Assembly (NCBI GenBank): GCA_946405515.1
Contig: CAMJHM010000001.1
Span: 13,289-77,288 of the forward strand
DNA length: 64,000 nucleotides
From: an uncultured Fibrobacter sp.
GTDB taxonomy: Bacteria; Fibrobacterota; Fibrobacteria; Fibrobacterales; Fibrobacteraceae
Direction of reading: 5' to 3'
Below the pieces are notes generated by a model. That model was not told the origin of the DNA. It saw only the letters and a program-made list of their open reading frames with translations, and made no database searches. Shown in pieces: positions 50,847-60,360 of the stretch; positions within the stretch are counted from its first letter, which is position 1; each line of letters starts with the position of its first letter. The position numbers and the translations under genes were made by a program.

Positions 50847-52069
50847 CCCGTAGAGTTGTCGTTACCGGCGGCTCCTGCATTTCCGCCCTGGGCTGCGAAG
50901 TCGACGAAATTTTCGATAGTCTTCACCAGCTCAAGAACAAGGTCGTCCGCATGGACGATTGGGACCGTTACACGCAAATGAACACCCGGCTCGCCTCGCC
51001 GGTCAATTTCGAAGTCCCCGACCTGCCCCGCAAAAAAATCCGCGGGATGGGCCGCGTTGCCCTGCTCGCCACGGCATCTGCCGTCAGGGCCCTCAAAGAT
51101 TCCGGGCTCGACCAAGACCCCGCCTTTTTGCAATCGGGCCGCGTGGGTGTCGCCTACGGTTCGTGCATGGGAAGCGTCTACCCGCTAGTGGACTTTTTCT
51201 CGATGCTTGTCACCGATGACTGCTCCAAGATTACGGCGACCACCTACATCAAGTCCATGCCGCAGACCTGCGCCGTGAATATCGCGGTGTACTTCGGCCT
51301 CACAGGGCGCCTCTACACGTCCAATACGGCATGCACTTCTGGCAGTATCAGCATCGGCACCGCCTACGAATACATCAAATACGGCATGCAAGACGCCATG
51401 ATTGCCGGTGGCGCCGAAGAACTGAACCCGACCCAGTCCGCTGTGTTCGACACGTTGTTCGCCACCTCGACCATGAACGACCACCCCGAACTTGCTCCCG
51501 CCAGCTACGATAAAGACCGCGACGGGCTCGTTATCGGCGAAGGCAGCGGCACGCTCGTCCTCGAAGAGTACGAACACGCAAAAGCCCGCGGAGCCAAGAT
51601 TTACGCCGAACTTGTCGGATTTGGCACCAACACCGATGGCGATCACCTCACCTCGCCCAAGGCAGAAACCATGCAACGCGCATTGGAGCTCGCCATCGAA
51701 GATGCAGGTATCTCGCCCGAAGCGATTGGCTATGTGAACGGCCACGGCACCGCCACCCCGCAAGGGGACAACGCCGAAAGCTGGGCCACATACAATGCAC
51801 TCGGCAAGCGTGCAGTGCCTATCAGCAGCCTCAAGAGCTACATCGGCCATACGCTCGGTGCCTGCGGCGGTATCGAAGCCTGGACAAGCATCCACATGAT
51901 GCACAGGGGTTGGTTCAGCCCGAACCTCAACCTCAAAAATGTAGACCCCGCTTGCGCCCCGCTCGATTATATTACTGGTAGCGGCCGAGAAATGGACGTA
52001 GATTACATCATGAGCAACAACTTCGCCTTCGGTGGGGTCAACACGTCGCTCGTGTTCAAAAAGATCTAG
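50843..52069 (+). CDS. Beta-ketoacyl-ACP synthase II (ApeR/FabF-like)
   Basis: RRVVVTG, TACTSG, NGHGTAT, GHTLGACG, NNFAFGG. Confidence 0.9.
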   Translation: MTRRVVVTGGSCISALGCEVDEIFDSLHQLKNKVVRMDDWDRYTQMNTRLASPVNFEVPDLPRKKIRGMGRVALLATASAVRALKDSGLDQDPAFLQSGRVGVAYGSCMGSVYPLVDFFSMLVTDDCSKITATTYIKSMPQTCAVNIAVYFGLTGRLYTSNTACTSGSISIGTAYEYIKYGMQDAMIAGGAEELNPTQSAVFDTLFATSTMNDHPELAPASYDKDRDGLVIGEGSGTLVLEEYEHAKARGAKIYAELVGFGTNTDGDHLTSPKAETMQRALELAIEDAGISPEAIGYVNGHGTATPQGDNAESWATYNALGKRAVPISSLKSYIGHTLGACGGIEAWTSIHMMHRGWFSPNLNLKNVDPACAPLDYITGSGREMDVDYIMSNNFAFGGVNTSLVFKKI

Positions 52070-52087
52070 GTTCTATCCAAATTTAGT

Positions 52088-52121
52088 GAAAAGGGCGGTG
52101 CCAAAGCACCGCTCTTTTTTT
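52088..52121 (+). terminator. Rho-independent terminator
   Basis: GGGCGGTGC-CAAA-GCACCGCTC plus T-run; related to the hairpin at 52942. Confidence 0.85.
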
Positions 52122-52135
52122 GTGGTACATTCAAG

Positions 52136-52210
52136 CGAACATAATATTTATTAGACAAATTAAACCAGCACTGGTGGTTCGGGCAAAAATTTGTTTATTA
52201 TTTTTTTAAC
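52136..52210 (+). promoter_or_regulatory. Conserved upstream block, duplicated at ~53063-53140
   Basis: Shared GAACATAATATTT..AAATTAAACCAGCA..AAATTTGTTTATTAT before EF-Tu-like genes 1 and 2. Confidence 0.6.
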
Positions 52211-52245
52211 GTAATCTTACCCCCACCCTAACAAAGGAGAAAATA

Positions 52246-52917
52246 ATGGCAACAAGAGCCACCCTCAACCCGTCTCTCGAATTGAAAAAAGTTTCCGGCA
52301 TACAGGAACGAAAGCCCGGCGTTCAATTGCTAAAATTCCTCATGCCCATTGAGGATTTCTTTTCCATTACCGGTCGCGGCACCGTTGTCATTGGCCAAGT
52401 CGAACATGGTTCGGTCAAAGTTGGAGACACCGTCGCATGTATCGGCTTTGGCAAAACCGCCGAATACACAGTTACCCTCATTAGCACAGAAGCTGGCCAA
52501 GTTGACAAAGCCAAGAAAGGTGACAAAGCAAGCCTGCTCCTTCGGGGCGCCAGCAACAAAAATATCGTCCGAGGCATGGTCGTTGCAATCCCGAGTTCCG
52601 TGCCAGAGGATACAGAATTCGACGCAGAAATCACCATAATTAGAAAGAAGGCTCCCGAACTCATCCCGCATTTAGAAGATTTAAAACCAGCAAAAAAAGC
52701 ACAACTAACATTCTATATCCATACGGCTGTTGTCACTGGAACAATGACCCTTATAAAAGTACTCTCCCACACAACAACGAAATTAACGGCCAACGTCCAC
52801 GTTAAATTAACGAAATCCGTCGCATTGCAAAAAGGCCTTTCCTTTACCGTTCGCAGCAGCAATCTTCAAACTGCAAGCGGAACCGTAACAAGAATCGGCA
52901 AACTGATCAAAGGATAA
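52246..52917 (+). CDS. EF-Tu-derived protein, domains 2-3 only (no GTPase domain)
   Basis: FLMPIEDFFSITGRGTVV, LLLRGA, RGMVVA, FYIHTAVVTG. RBS AAAGGAG; own terminator. Confidence 0.85.
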   Translation: MATRATLNPSLELKKVSGIQERKPGVQLLKFLMPIEDFFSITGRGTVVIGQVEHGSVKVGDTVACIGFGKTAEYTVTLISTEAGQVDKAKKGDKASLLLRGASNKNIVRGMVVAIPSSVPEDTEFDAEITIIRKKAPELIPHLEDLKPAKKAQLTFYIHTAVVTGTMTLIKVLSHTTTKLTANVHVKLTKSVALQKGLSFTVRSSNLQTASGTVTRIGKLIKG

Positions 52918-52941
52918 GACTACAAATCCCCCCACCAAAAA

Positions 52942-52973
52942 AAAGGGAGCGGTGCCAAGGCATCACTCCCTTT
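52942..52973 (+). terminator. Rho-independent terminator
   Basis: AAAGGGAGCGGTGCC-AA-GGCATCACTCCCTTT. Confidence 0.7.
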
Positions 52974-53208
52974 ATTTTATCCAAACAATCAAAAATGCAA
53001 CCATTTTGCATTGTATTACAAATACAACACAACATCTATACACACACCTAATCACATCTAAAAGAACATAATATTTGAAGAATAAATTAAACCAGCAATA
53101 GCAGTCCAAGCAAACAAATTTGTTTATTATCTTTATTTAAAATAAACTTACAAAAAGTTGTTTTCAACGAGTTTGGAGATAAAATACCACCCACCAAAGG
53201 AAGGAAAT

Positions 53209-54921
53209 ATGGCAAAAGAACATTTTCAAAGAAGCTTACCTCACATCAATCTTGGATTCTTAGGGGCCGAAAGCGACCGCAACGCCTTGGTCACAGCAAT
53301 TCTAACGACTCTTAATGTACGAGGCATTTGCAGTGTAAGCACATCTGCCAAGGAGTTCAACACGCGAAGCCGCCACTACTCTATTGTAAACGATGGCATC
53401 TCACGCGTCGATTACATTAAAAACATGATAATCGGTGCAGCTCAAATGGATGGTGCTATTTTGGTTGTGCAAGCCCAAAACGCCGCTTCGTCCCAAGTGC
53501 GAGAGTACATGCTTTTCGCCCAACAAATTGGCCTAAAGAAAATAATCGTTTTCATAAACAACGCCGACCAGGTAGATGACCGCGAAATTCTCAATCTCCT
53601 TGAGTGCGAGTTACGCGAACAATTGTCCAGTTACGGCTTCGATGGTGACGACACACCAATTATCTGCGGATCCGCCCAAAGAGCTATCAATGGAGAATCC
53701 ACCTACCAAGACAAGATTATCGAACTTTTGAACGCTTGCGACAACTATCTCCCAATTCCCGCAAGCAACGTCGACAAACCATTCCTGCTGCCGATAGAAG
53801 ACATTTTCACCATTACCGGGCGAGGCACCGTAGCGACAGGACGCATCGAACGAGGCGTCATACACCTGGCAGACACAGTTGAACGCGTCGGGCTTTCGGA
53901 CACAACAGCAACATACGTAGTTACCGGAATTGAAATGTTCCGCAAGTCTGTCGACCAAGCCCAAGCAGGCGACAACGTTGGCATACTCCTTCGCGGTGCA
54001 GACCGAAACGATCTCAAGCGCGGAATGGTTCTTGCAGCGCCAGGATCAATAAAAGCATACACCGACTTCAATGCCGACATATACATTCTAACAAGAGCCG
54101 AAGGTGGACGCTCCACTCCTATCGTGAATGGTTACCGCCCCCAGTTCTACTTCCGCACCACCGACGTGACAGGAACGATGCAATTCCCCAATGGCGTGAC
54201 AATGATAACGCCCGGTAGTTCCGCATCAGTCACTGTTCAGTTAATTACTCCAATCGCCTTGGAAAAAGACCAGCGTTTCGCAATTCGCGAAGGGGGACGA
54301 ACTGTCGGAATGGGCATCGTAACAAGACTCCTTCCGCGCATGCCCAAGACGAGCAAACCATTCCTCATCCCCATCAGCGAAATCGTAGCCACAGTAACAG
54401 GGCGTGGGACTATCGTTTCGGGCCAAGTCGAGCGAGGCACACTCAACTTGCTCGACATGAGCGAATGTATAGGATTTGGCAAAACAGCTAACTACGCCGT
54501 TACAAGCATCAGCGTTTCCAACAAAGACAGCGAAAGCGCCAAAGAAGGCGACAACGTATCCATTCTCCTCCGTGGAGCCGGCAAAGACGACGTCGTCAAA
54601 GGCATGGTCGTCGCCACCCCAGGAACCGTAAAAGAAGGCAAGGAATTCGATGCCGATATTACAATTCCAGGGAAAGACGAAGGCGGACGCCACAATCCGT
54701 TTAAGGATCAGATGAGAATTCAGAATCCGAGATTCCAGATCCGCACCGCCGTTGTATCCGGGACGTTCCAAATTTTGGGTAACATGGTCAGTCCTAACGT
54801 GCCCTTCCCCATCCATGTCAAATTGGCGCAATCCGTAGCGTTAGAAGTCGGCCTTCAGGTGAAGCTCCGCAACGACACCAAGGTTGTCGCAACCGGGGTT
54901 ATCACGAAAATCGGCTCGTAA
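53209..54921 (+). CDS. EF-Tu-derived protein: degenerate G domain, then domains 2-3 twice (570 aa)
   Basis: MAKEHF start with RBS. P-loop GHVDHGKT is replaced by GAESDRNA, the RGITI switch is deleted, DCPGH is lost and NKxD becomes [18 protein letters not shown] and REGGRTVG are kept, followed by a second TGRGT...LLRGA...RTAVVSG module. Confidence 0.88.
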   Translation: MAKEHFQRSLPHINLGFLGAESDRNALVTAILTTLNVRGICSVSTSAKEFNTRSRHYSIVNDGISRVDYIKNMIIGAAQMDGAILVVQAQNAASSQVREYMLFAQQIGLKKIIVFINNADQVDDREILNLLECELREQLSSYGFDGDDTPIICGSAQRAINGESTYQDKIIELLNACDNYLPIPASNVDKPFLLPIEDIFTITGRGTVATGRIERGVIHLADTVERVGLSDTTATYVVTGIEMFRKSVDQAQAGDNVGILLRGADRNDLKRGMVLAAPGSIKAYTDFNADIYILTRAEGGRSTPIVNGYRPQFYFRTTDVTGTMQFPNGVTMITPGSSASVTVQLITPIALEKDQRFAIREGGRTVGMGIVTRLLPRMPKTSKPFLIPISEIVATVTGRGTIVSGQVERGTLNLLDMSECIGFGKTANYAVTSISVSNKDSESAKEGDNVSILLRGAGKDDVVKGMVVATPGTVKEGKEFDADITIPGKDEGGRHNPFKDQMRIQNPRFQIRTAVVSGTFQILGNMVSPNVPFPIHVKLAQSVALEVGLQVKLRNDTKVVATGVITKIGS

Positions 54922-54967
54922 TAACGCAAGACCACAAGAAAATCACCACCCACAAAAGGAAGAAAAA

Positions 54968-56164
54968 ATGGCAAAAGAACGTTTTGATAGAAGCAAACCC
55001 CATTGCAACATCGGCACCATAGGCCACGTCGACCACGGCAAGACCACCCTCACCGCAGCCATCTGCACGACTCTCGCTGCCAAGGGTCTCGCCAACGCCA
55101 AGCGCTTTGAGGAAATCGACAACGCCCCAGAAGAAAAGGCCCGCGGCATCACGATCAACACCTCCCACGTGGAATACACCACTGCCAACCGCCACTACGC
55201 TCACGTTGACTGCCCGGGGCACGCCGACTACGTGAAGAACATGGTGACCGGTGCCGCCCAGATGGACGGAGCCATCCTCGTCGTAGCAGCCACCGACGGC
55301 CCGATGCCCCAGACGCGCGAGCATATCCTGCTTGCCCGCCAGGTCGGCGTAGAGTACATCGTCGTATTCATAAACAAGTGCGACATGGTTGACGACGAAG
55401 AACAAATTGACCTCGTCGAAATGGAAATCCGCGATCTACTGACCCAGTACGGTTTTGACGGAGCCAACACCCCGGTCATCCGCGGTTCCGCACTCAAGGC
55501 CCTTGAAGGAGACAACTTCTACATGGGCAAGATTATGGAACTCCTGGAAGCCTGCGACATCTACATCGAACTGCCGAAGCGTGAAATCCAGCAGCCATTC
55601 CTGCTACCTGTCGAAGATGTGTTCACCATTACTGGCCGTGGCACCGTCGCCACGGGCCGTATCGAACGCGGCGTCATCCACCTGAACGACAGGGTCGAAC
55701 GCGTCGGCATTCTCGAGCCCGCCATATACACCGTCACCGGTGTGGAGATGTTCCGCAAGCTCCTTGATTACGCCGAAGCCGGCGACAATGTCGGCATCCT
55801 GCTCCGCGGTGCCGAAAAGAAGGACATCCTCCGTGGCATGGTCCTCGCCGCCCCCGGCACAATAAAGGCTTATTCCTATTTCGATGCAGAAATCTATGTC
55901 CTCACGAAGGAAGAAGGCGGGCGCCACACCCCGTTCGGGAACGGCTACCGTCCGCAGTTCTACATCCGCACTCTAGACGTTACCGGCACAGTCCGGTTGC
56001 CGGAAGGTGTCGAGATGGTGCTCCCAGGTGACAACGTAAGCATTTACGTCACGCTCATCACACCCGTCGCTCTAGAAAAGGGCCTTCGCTTCGCAATCCG
56101 CGAAGGGGGACGCACAGTCGGTGCCGGCATGATAACAGCGGTCTACGACAAACCCAAATACTAA
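54968..56164 (+). CDS. tuf: Elongation factor Tu paralog (intact motifs, divergent, 398 aa)
   Basis: [26 protein letters not shown] and REGGRTVG are all present. Short C-terminal extension YDKPKY. No fusA, rps or tRNA neighbours. Confidence 0.9.
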   Translation: MAKERFDRSKPHCNIGTIGHVDHGKTTLTAAICTTLAAKGLANAKRFEEIDNAPEEKARGITINTSHVEYTTANRHYAHVDCPGHADYVKNMVTGAAQMDGAILVVAATDGPMPQTREHILLARQVGVEYIVVFINKCDMVDDEEQIDLVEMEIRDLLTQYGFDGANTPVIRGSALKALEGDNFYMGKIMELLEACDIYIELPKREIQQPFLLPVEDVFTITGRGTVATGRIERGVIHLNDRVERVGILEPAIYTVTGVEMFRKLLDYAEAGDNVGILLRGAEKKDILRGMVLAAPGTIKAYSYFDAEIYVLTKEEGGRHTPFGNGYRPQFYIRTLDVTGTVRLPEGVEMVLPGDNVSIYVTLITPVALEKGLRFAIREGGRTVGAGMITAVYDKPKY

Positions 56165-56207
56165 TAGTCGGCAAACAAGCCTATAGAACAACATAAAAAA
56201 TATAGCC

Positions 56208-56236
56208 CTGCACTACGATCCAGTGCAGTTTTTTTT
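56208..56236 (+). terminator. Rho-independent terminator after the tuf paralog
   Basis: CTGCACT-N7-AGTGCAG plus T8. Confidence 0.7.
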
Positions 56237-56498
56237 CATACAAAATAGAAGTTAACTAAGCATCCACAAGTTATGCAAAAGTTATGCAGTAAAAAAATAT
56301 TTACATTATTATTTAGAATCTGCATAACAAAGTAGCGATAACGTACGCTCTTTTATACACATTTTACATCAAAAGTAACTACAGAATATAACGTACCATT
56401 TTTCCTAAAAAATGGAAAAATATTTTGTTGTAAATTTTCCATATTGCTTTATTCAAAAAGTTATCTTATTTTGCACGCAAAGAACCGAATAGGAATTT

Positions 56499-57077
56499 AT
56501 GATTAACGCTGCTTTGCAATTTTTAGTTTCACAGCTAAACCAATATTTGCGTAGAAAGTTTTCTGCACAAGAAAATGTCGCTATTGTGTCGAAGATGATG
56601 GACAACGATGGGCGTGAATCCGAAAGTGCAACAAACAAACTGGTCATGTTCCTCGCTAACGTCGAAAAAGATTCCATGACGCAAGCCAGCACAAAGCCGG
56701 AATTCGACGGATTTCGCAACATCATTCATTCCAAACCGATTTTCTTGAATTTGCACATTGTCTTGGCGGCCAATTTCAAGGCAAGCCATTACGAGGAATC
56801 GCTAAAATACCTTTCTCGAGCCGTGGGCTTTTTCCAAGACCATAGCGTTTTCGACCGAACCTCCTTCCCGGAACTCAACTCAGGGCTCGAAAAGCTGATT
56901 GTCGATGTGGAAAACCTGAACTTGCAGGAAATGTGCAACTTGTGGAGCCTCGTGGGTTGCAAATATGTCCCTTCCGTCATGTACAAGGTCCGCACGGTCG
57001 CACTCGGGAGCGGCTACTCGTACTACCGTCCTTACGTTGTTCACGTTCCAGAAGAAGCATCTATTGGAGCCTACTGA
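56499..57077 (+). CDS. DUF4255 / Pvc16 (Afp16)-like cap protein of a contractile injection system
   Basis: L.NVEKD, P..LNL..LAAN, LWS..G.KY.PSV.YKVR. Confidence 0.85.
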   Translation: MINAALQFLVSQLNQYLRRKFSAQENVAIVSKMMDNDGRESESATNKLVMFLANVEKDSMTQASTKPEFDGFRNIIHSKPIFLNLHIVLAANFKASHYEESLKYLSRAVGFFQDHSVFDRTSFPELNSGLEKLIVDVENLNLQEMCNLWSLVGCKYVPSVMYKVRTVALGSGYSYYRPYVVHVPEEASIGAY

Positions 57078-57808
57078 TGAATTACGGGATTTGGGCAGAC
57101 ATCTTTATGGAACACGAATACGTTGGCGGCAGGTGCGAAGATTTCACCTTCCGGCCAGACCCGCCAACAGCAGAAACCATGAAGCGCGAAGGCATCATGA
57201 TGCGCGAAACCGCTGGAGGCTTCCGGCTGATTGCAGATGAAGCCGCATTCTCCCACGAGATAAGCCTCGTTTTTTGGGCATACCCAGTGCAAAGCAACCT
57301 GTGGAATGTAACAGAGTTCGGCAAAATCCCGGCAGACTCCATTCCGTTTGCCCGGATCAAAGACGAATCCCTGCAATGGGAAACATCTTCAAAAGGCGAC
57401 ATTCCCGAGGCAATGCAACTTCCCAAGCCCATGTTCGGCATGGAAATTGCAAATTCCCAGGGAAAATCAGGCGCAAGCATCACGTTATCGCTCAAGACAA
57501 AAAAGATGAAATGGTACTACTACATTTCTGGCCTACCCGATAACGACACTGCCGAAATCGTAAAAATTAAAGGCGACAAAGAAACCTCCCCTTTCGACAC
57601 CACCAAGGGAAATCTAGGAGAATCGGTATTCGTATCGAAACAAGAAATCCCGCTACGTTATGGCGCACCTCCGCTTTTTCAATTACGTGAAAAGAAAACG
57701 TCAAAAGCAATCATAAAGTGTTTACCTAACATGGACGCGCGATCGGTCTCCACGGTCATTCTCGACGGTAGGCGAGAGATTGTCGCTGAATCATTTGTTA
57801 ACACATAA
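57077..57808 (+). CDS. Hypothetical eCIS-associated protein
   Basis: ATG overlaps the DUF4255 stop; HEY motif, W.YY, S...IPL. This slot is typical of Bacteroidota-type eCIS loci. Confidence 0.7.
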   Translation: MNYGIWADIFMEHEYVGGRCEDFTFRPDPPTAETMKREGIMMRETAGGFRLIADEAAFSHEISLVFWAYPVQSNLWNVTEFGKIPADSIPFARIKDESLQWETSSKGDIPEAMQLPKPMFGMEIANSQGKSGASITLSLKTKKMKWYYYISGLPDNDTAEIVKIKGDKETSPFDTTKGNLGESVFVSKQEIPLRYGAPPLFQLREKKTSKAIIKCLPNMDARSVSTVILDGRREIVAESFVNT

Positions 57809-57829
57809 CCCCATAGGAGATAAAACAAA

Positions 57830-59272
57830 ATGCCTACATCATACAAAACTCCGGGCGTCTATCTCGTCGAGAAAAACGCATTCCCAAGTTCTGTAGTGGA
57901 AGTTGCCACGGCAATACCCATGTTTATCGGCTATACCGAAAAGGCCGAATACAAGGGACAATCCGTGTTCAACAAGCCCTTCCGCATTTCGTCATTTGCG
58001 GAATACAGGGCCGTCTTTGGCGAGGGCGCTCTGATGCGCTACAAGCTCGAAGAAGGTGGAAAAGTGGTCCCGCCAAAAGTCCGCTTCCGCCTTTTCGACG
58101 CCATTCGCATGTTCTACCAGAACGGTGGTGCCACCTGCTATATCATGGCAGTGGGCCCCTACGGCGAGGAAATCTCGGAAAAAGCCTTGACCGAAGCCAT
58201 CATCCCGTTCGAAAAAGAACAGGAACCGACATTGGTCGTGATTCCCGAAGCCGTCTCGCTGGAAACAGCCGACGCCTGCGCCAACGTGCAGAACGCGATG
58301 CTCGCCCACTGCGCAAAGATGAAGAATCGCTTCGCCATTCTTGACGTGTTCGATGGTTACAAAGAACCGCGCGAATGCATCTCCACCTTCCGCGAAAAGG
58401 TGACATCGTTCTTGAACTACGGTGCCGTTTACTATCCGTGGCTCAACACGAGCGTGGTACAGTCGAACGAAGTCACGTTTGCAAACGTCGAAAACCTGGA
58501 TGCCCTCACGACGATGCTCAATGCAGCTGTCCCGGCGGAGCCCGCCGAAAAGGCCGAACAGATCAAGGCCGAAATCGCCCAGATGGCCTCCGCCAATGTG
58601 AAGGACGATGCACAGGTACAGAAAATTCACCGCACACTTTCGGTGATTTGCCCGAACTATGCAACAATCATGGACTTGGTCCGCGAACAACTGAACTTGA
58701 TGCCGCCCGCAGGTGCCATGGCTGGTATCTACACCTTGGTGGACAACTCCATCGGCGTATGGAAAGCTCCGGCCAACGTAGGCGTGAACGGCGTCATCAC
58801 TCCGACCGTCAACCTCACGAACGACGAACAAGAAGACTTGAACGTTCCCATCAATGGCAAGGCCGTGAACGCCATCCGCACCTTCGTGGGTGACGGCAAC
58901 AAGGTCTGGGGCGCGCGCACTCTCGACGGCAACAGCCTCGATTGGCGTTACGTGAACGTCCGCCGCACCATGATTATGCTCGAAGAATCTATCAAGCTCG
59001 CATCGAAGGCATTTGTCTTTGAGCCGAACACCGCAAACACATGGGTGACCATGAAGGGCATGATCAGCAACTTCTTGACCAGCGTCTGGAAGCGCGGTGG
59101 CCTCGCCGGCACGAGCCCCGAAGATGCATTCGAAGTCCACGTGGGCCTTGGCGAAACCATGACCCCCGAAGACATTCTCGAAGGCATCCTGCGCATCACC
59201 ATCAAGGTCGCCTTGATTCGCCCGGCAGAATTCATTGAACTCACTTTCCAGCAACAGCAACAGAAATCCTAA
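57830..59272 (+). CDS. Contractile tail sheath protein
   Basis: YKTPGVY, YGAVYYPW, GVWKAPAN, VWGARTL, WRYVNVRR, RPAEFI. Confidence 0.95.
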   Translation: MPTSYKTPGVYLVEKNAFPSSVVEVATAIPMFIGYTEKAEYKGQSVFNKPFRISSFAEYRAVFGEGALMRYKLEEGGKVVPPKVRFRLFDAIRMFYQNGGATCYIMAVGPYGEEISEKALTEAIIPFEKEQEPTLVVIPEAVSLETADACANVQNAMLAHCAKMKNRFAILDVFDGYKEPRECISTFREKVTSFLNYGAVYYPWLNTSVVQSNEVTFANVENLDALTTMLNAAVPAEPAEKAEQIKAEIAQMASANVKDDAQVQKIHRTLSVICPNYATIMDLVREQLNLMPPAGAMAGIYTLVDNSIGVWKAPANVGVNGVITPTVNLTNDEQEDLNVPINGKAVNAIRTFVGDGNKVWGARTLDGNSLDWRYVNVRRTMIMLEESIKLASKAFVFEPNTANTWVTMKGMISNFLTSVWKRGGLAGTSPEDAFEVHVGLGETMTPEDILEGILRITIKVALIRPAEFIELTFQQQQQKS

Positions 59273-59287
59273 TAGGAGGTAATAAAA

Positions 59288-59746
59288 ATGGCAGAAGATG
59301 GTTCTACACAACACGCCAGCGTATGGCCGATGCCCAAATTCCACTTTCAGGTGAAATGGGGCGATCAAGAAATGTCTTTCCAGGAAGTTACCGGCCTGGA
59401 TGCACAATCCGAAGAAATCAAGTACCGCGTTGGCAACAGCAAGGTTTATTCTGTTGTTAAGATGCCCGGCCTGATCAAGTACAGCAATGTCACAATGAAG
59501 AAGGGCATTTTCAAGGGCGACAACAAGTTCTGGGATTGGTTCAACCAGATTAAGATGAATACGATCAAGAGGATCGATATTACGATTAGTCTTTTGGACG
59601 AAGCAGACGCCCCGGCAATGACCTGGACGCTCAAGAACGCCTGGCCGACCAAGATTTCGGGATACGAACTCAAGGCCGAAGGGAACGAAGTCGCAGTAGA
59701 AAGCATTGAAATTGTCCATGAAGGCATGACAATTTCGAATAGCTAA
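59288..59746 (+). CDS. Tail tube protein (T4 gp19 / Afp1-like)
   Basis: KFHFQV, FQEVTGL, KMPG, NVTMKKG, NAWPTK, NEVAVE. Confidence 0.93.
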   Translation: MAEDGSTQHASVWPMPKFHFQVKWGDQEMSFQEVTGLDAQSEEIKYRVGNSKVYSVVKMPGLIKYSNVTMKKGIFKGDNKFWDWFNQIKMNTIKRIDITISLLDEADAPAMTWTLKNAWPTKISGYELKAEGNEVAVESIEIVHEGMTISNS

Positions 59747-59754
59747 GGGACGCC

Positions 59755-60207
59755 ATGGGTGATACTGTCGAATGGTCGATTCCCGTTATATTCCACTTTT
59801 CTGTAAAGTTGGGCAAATCGGAGATTGCGTTCAGCGAAGTCTCCGGTTTGGAAACAACGATAGAAACGAAGGAAGTTCGTAGCGGGGGCGACAATTCGAC
59901 AGTTTACCACTTACCCGAAAAAATAAAGCTTTCCGATTTGGTCTTGAAACGGGCCATACTCAAGGATAGCGACCCATTTTTCAGATGGTGCATGAAGAAC
60001 ATGAATTCGTCGATGAACGCATTCCAAGTGGACCCTCAACCCATCGAAGTCACCTTGCTAGATGAGAAGAGCGAGCCCATAGCAACGTGGACATTTGAAG
60101 GGGCTTATCCGTTCAAATGGGCGTTCAGCACACTTGACGCTATGAAGGCCGAAGTGATGATAGAAACGGTTTCGTTGAAATATCGAAGTATAGAGAGGAT
60201 ATTATAA
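59755..60207 (+). CDS. Second tail tube protein (Afp5-like)
   Basis: FSEVSGL, GGDN, LVLKR, AYPFKW. Confidence 0.9.
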   Translation: MGDTVEWSIPVIFHFSVKLGKSEIAFSEVSGLETTIETKEVRSGGDNSTVYHLPEKIKLSDLVLKRAILKDSDPFFRWCMKNMNSSMNAFQVDPQPIEVTLLDEKSEPIATWTFEGAYPFKWAFSTLDAMKAEVMIETVSLKYRSIERIL

Positions 60208-60209
60208 CC

Positions 60210-60359
60210 ATGTCGCTAGAAATCAGGAACCTTAGTATCAGCGTAAAAATTGAAGCAGGCGAAAAGGAACATGAATCTTCAGATTCCCTTAAAAAAGATG
60301 TCTTGAGGGAATGCCGCCAGATGATTGAAGAATCCATCCGATGGGACAAGGAGAGATAA
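60210..60359 (+). CDS. Small eCIS protein (Afp6/DUF5908-like), 49 aa
   Basis: Manual translation MSLEIRNLSISVKIE...LRECRQMIEESIRWDKER; fills the gap between the tube and LysM genes. Confidence 0.75.
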   Translation: MSLEIRNLSISVKIEAGEKEHESSDSLKKDVLRECRQMIEESIRWDKER

Positions 60360-60360
60360 A

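Noticed and set aside
52246-54921. Calling the first two EF-Tu-like genes pseudogenes, or SelB/CysN/TetM
   Set aside because: Frames, RBSs and terminators are intact, and the sequence follows EF-Tu motifs rather than those families.
57992-59719. 575-aa minus-strand ORF
   Set aside because: Antisense shadow of the sheath and tube genes, with no recognisable motifs; expected from codon bias.
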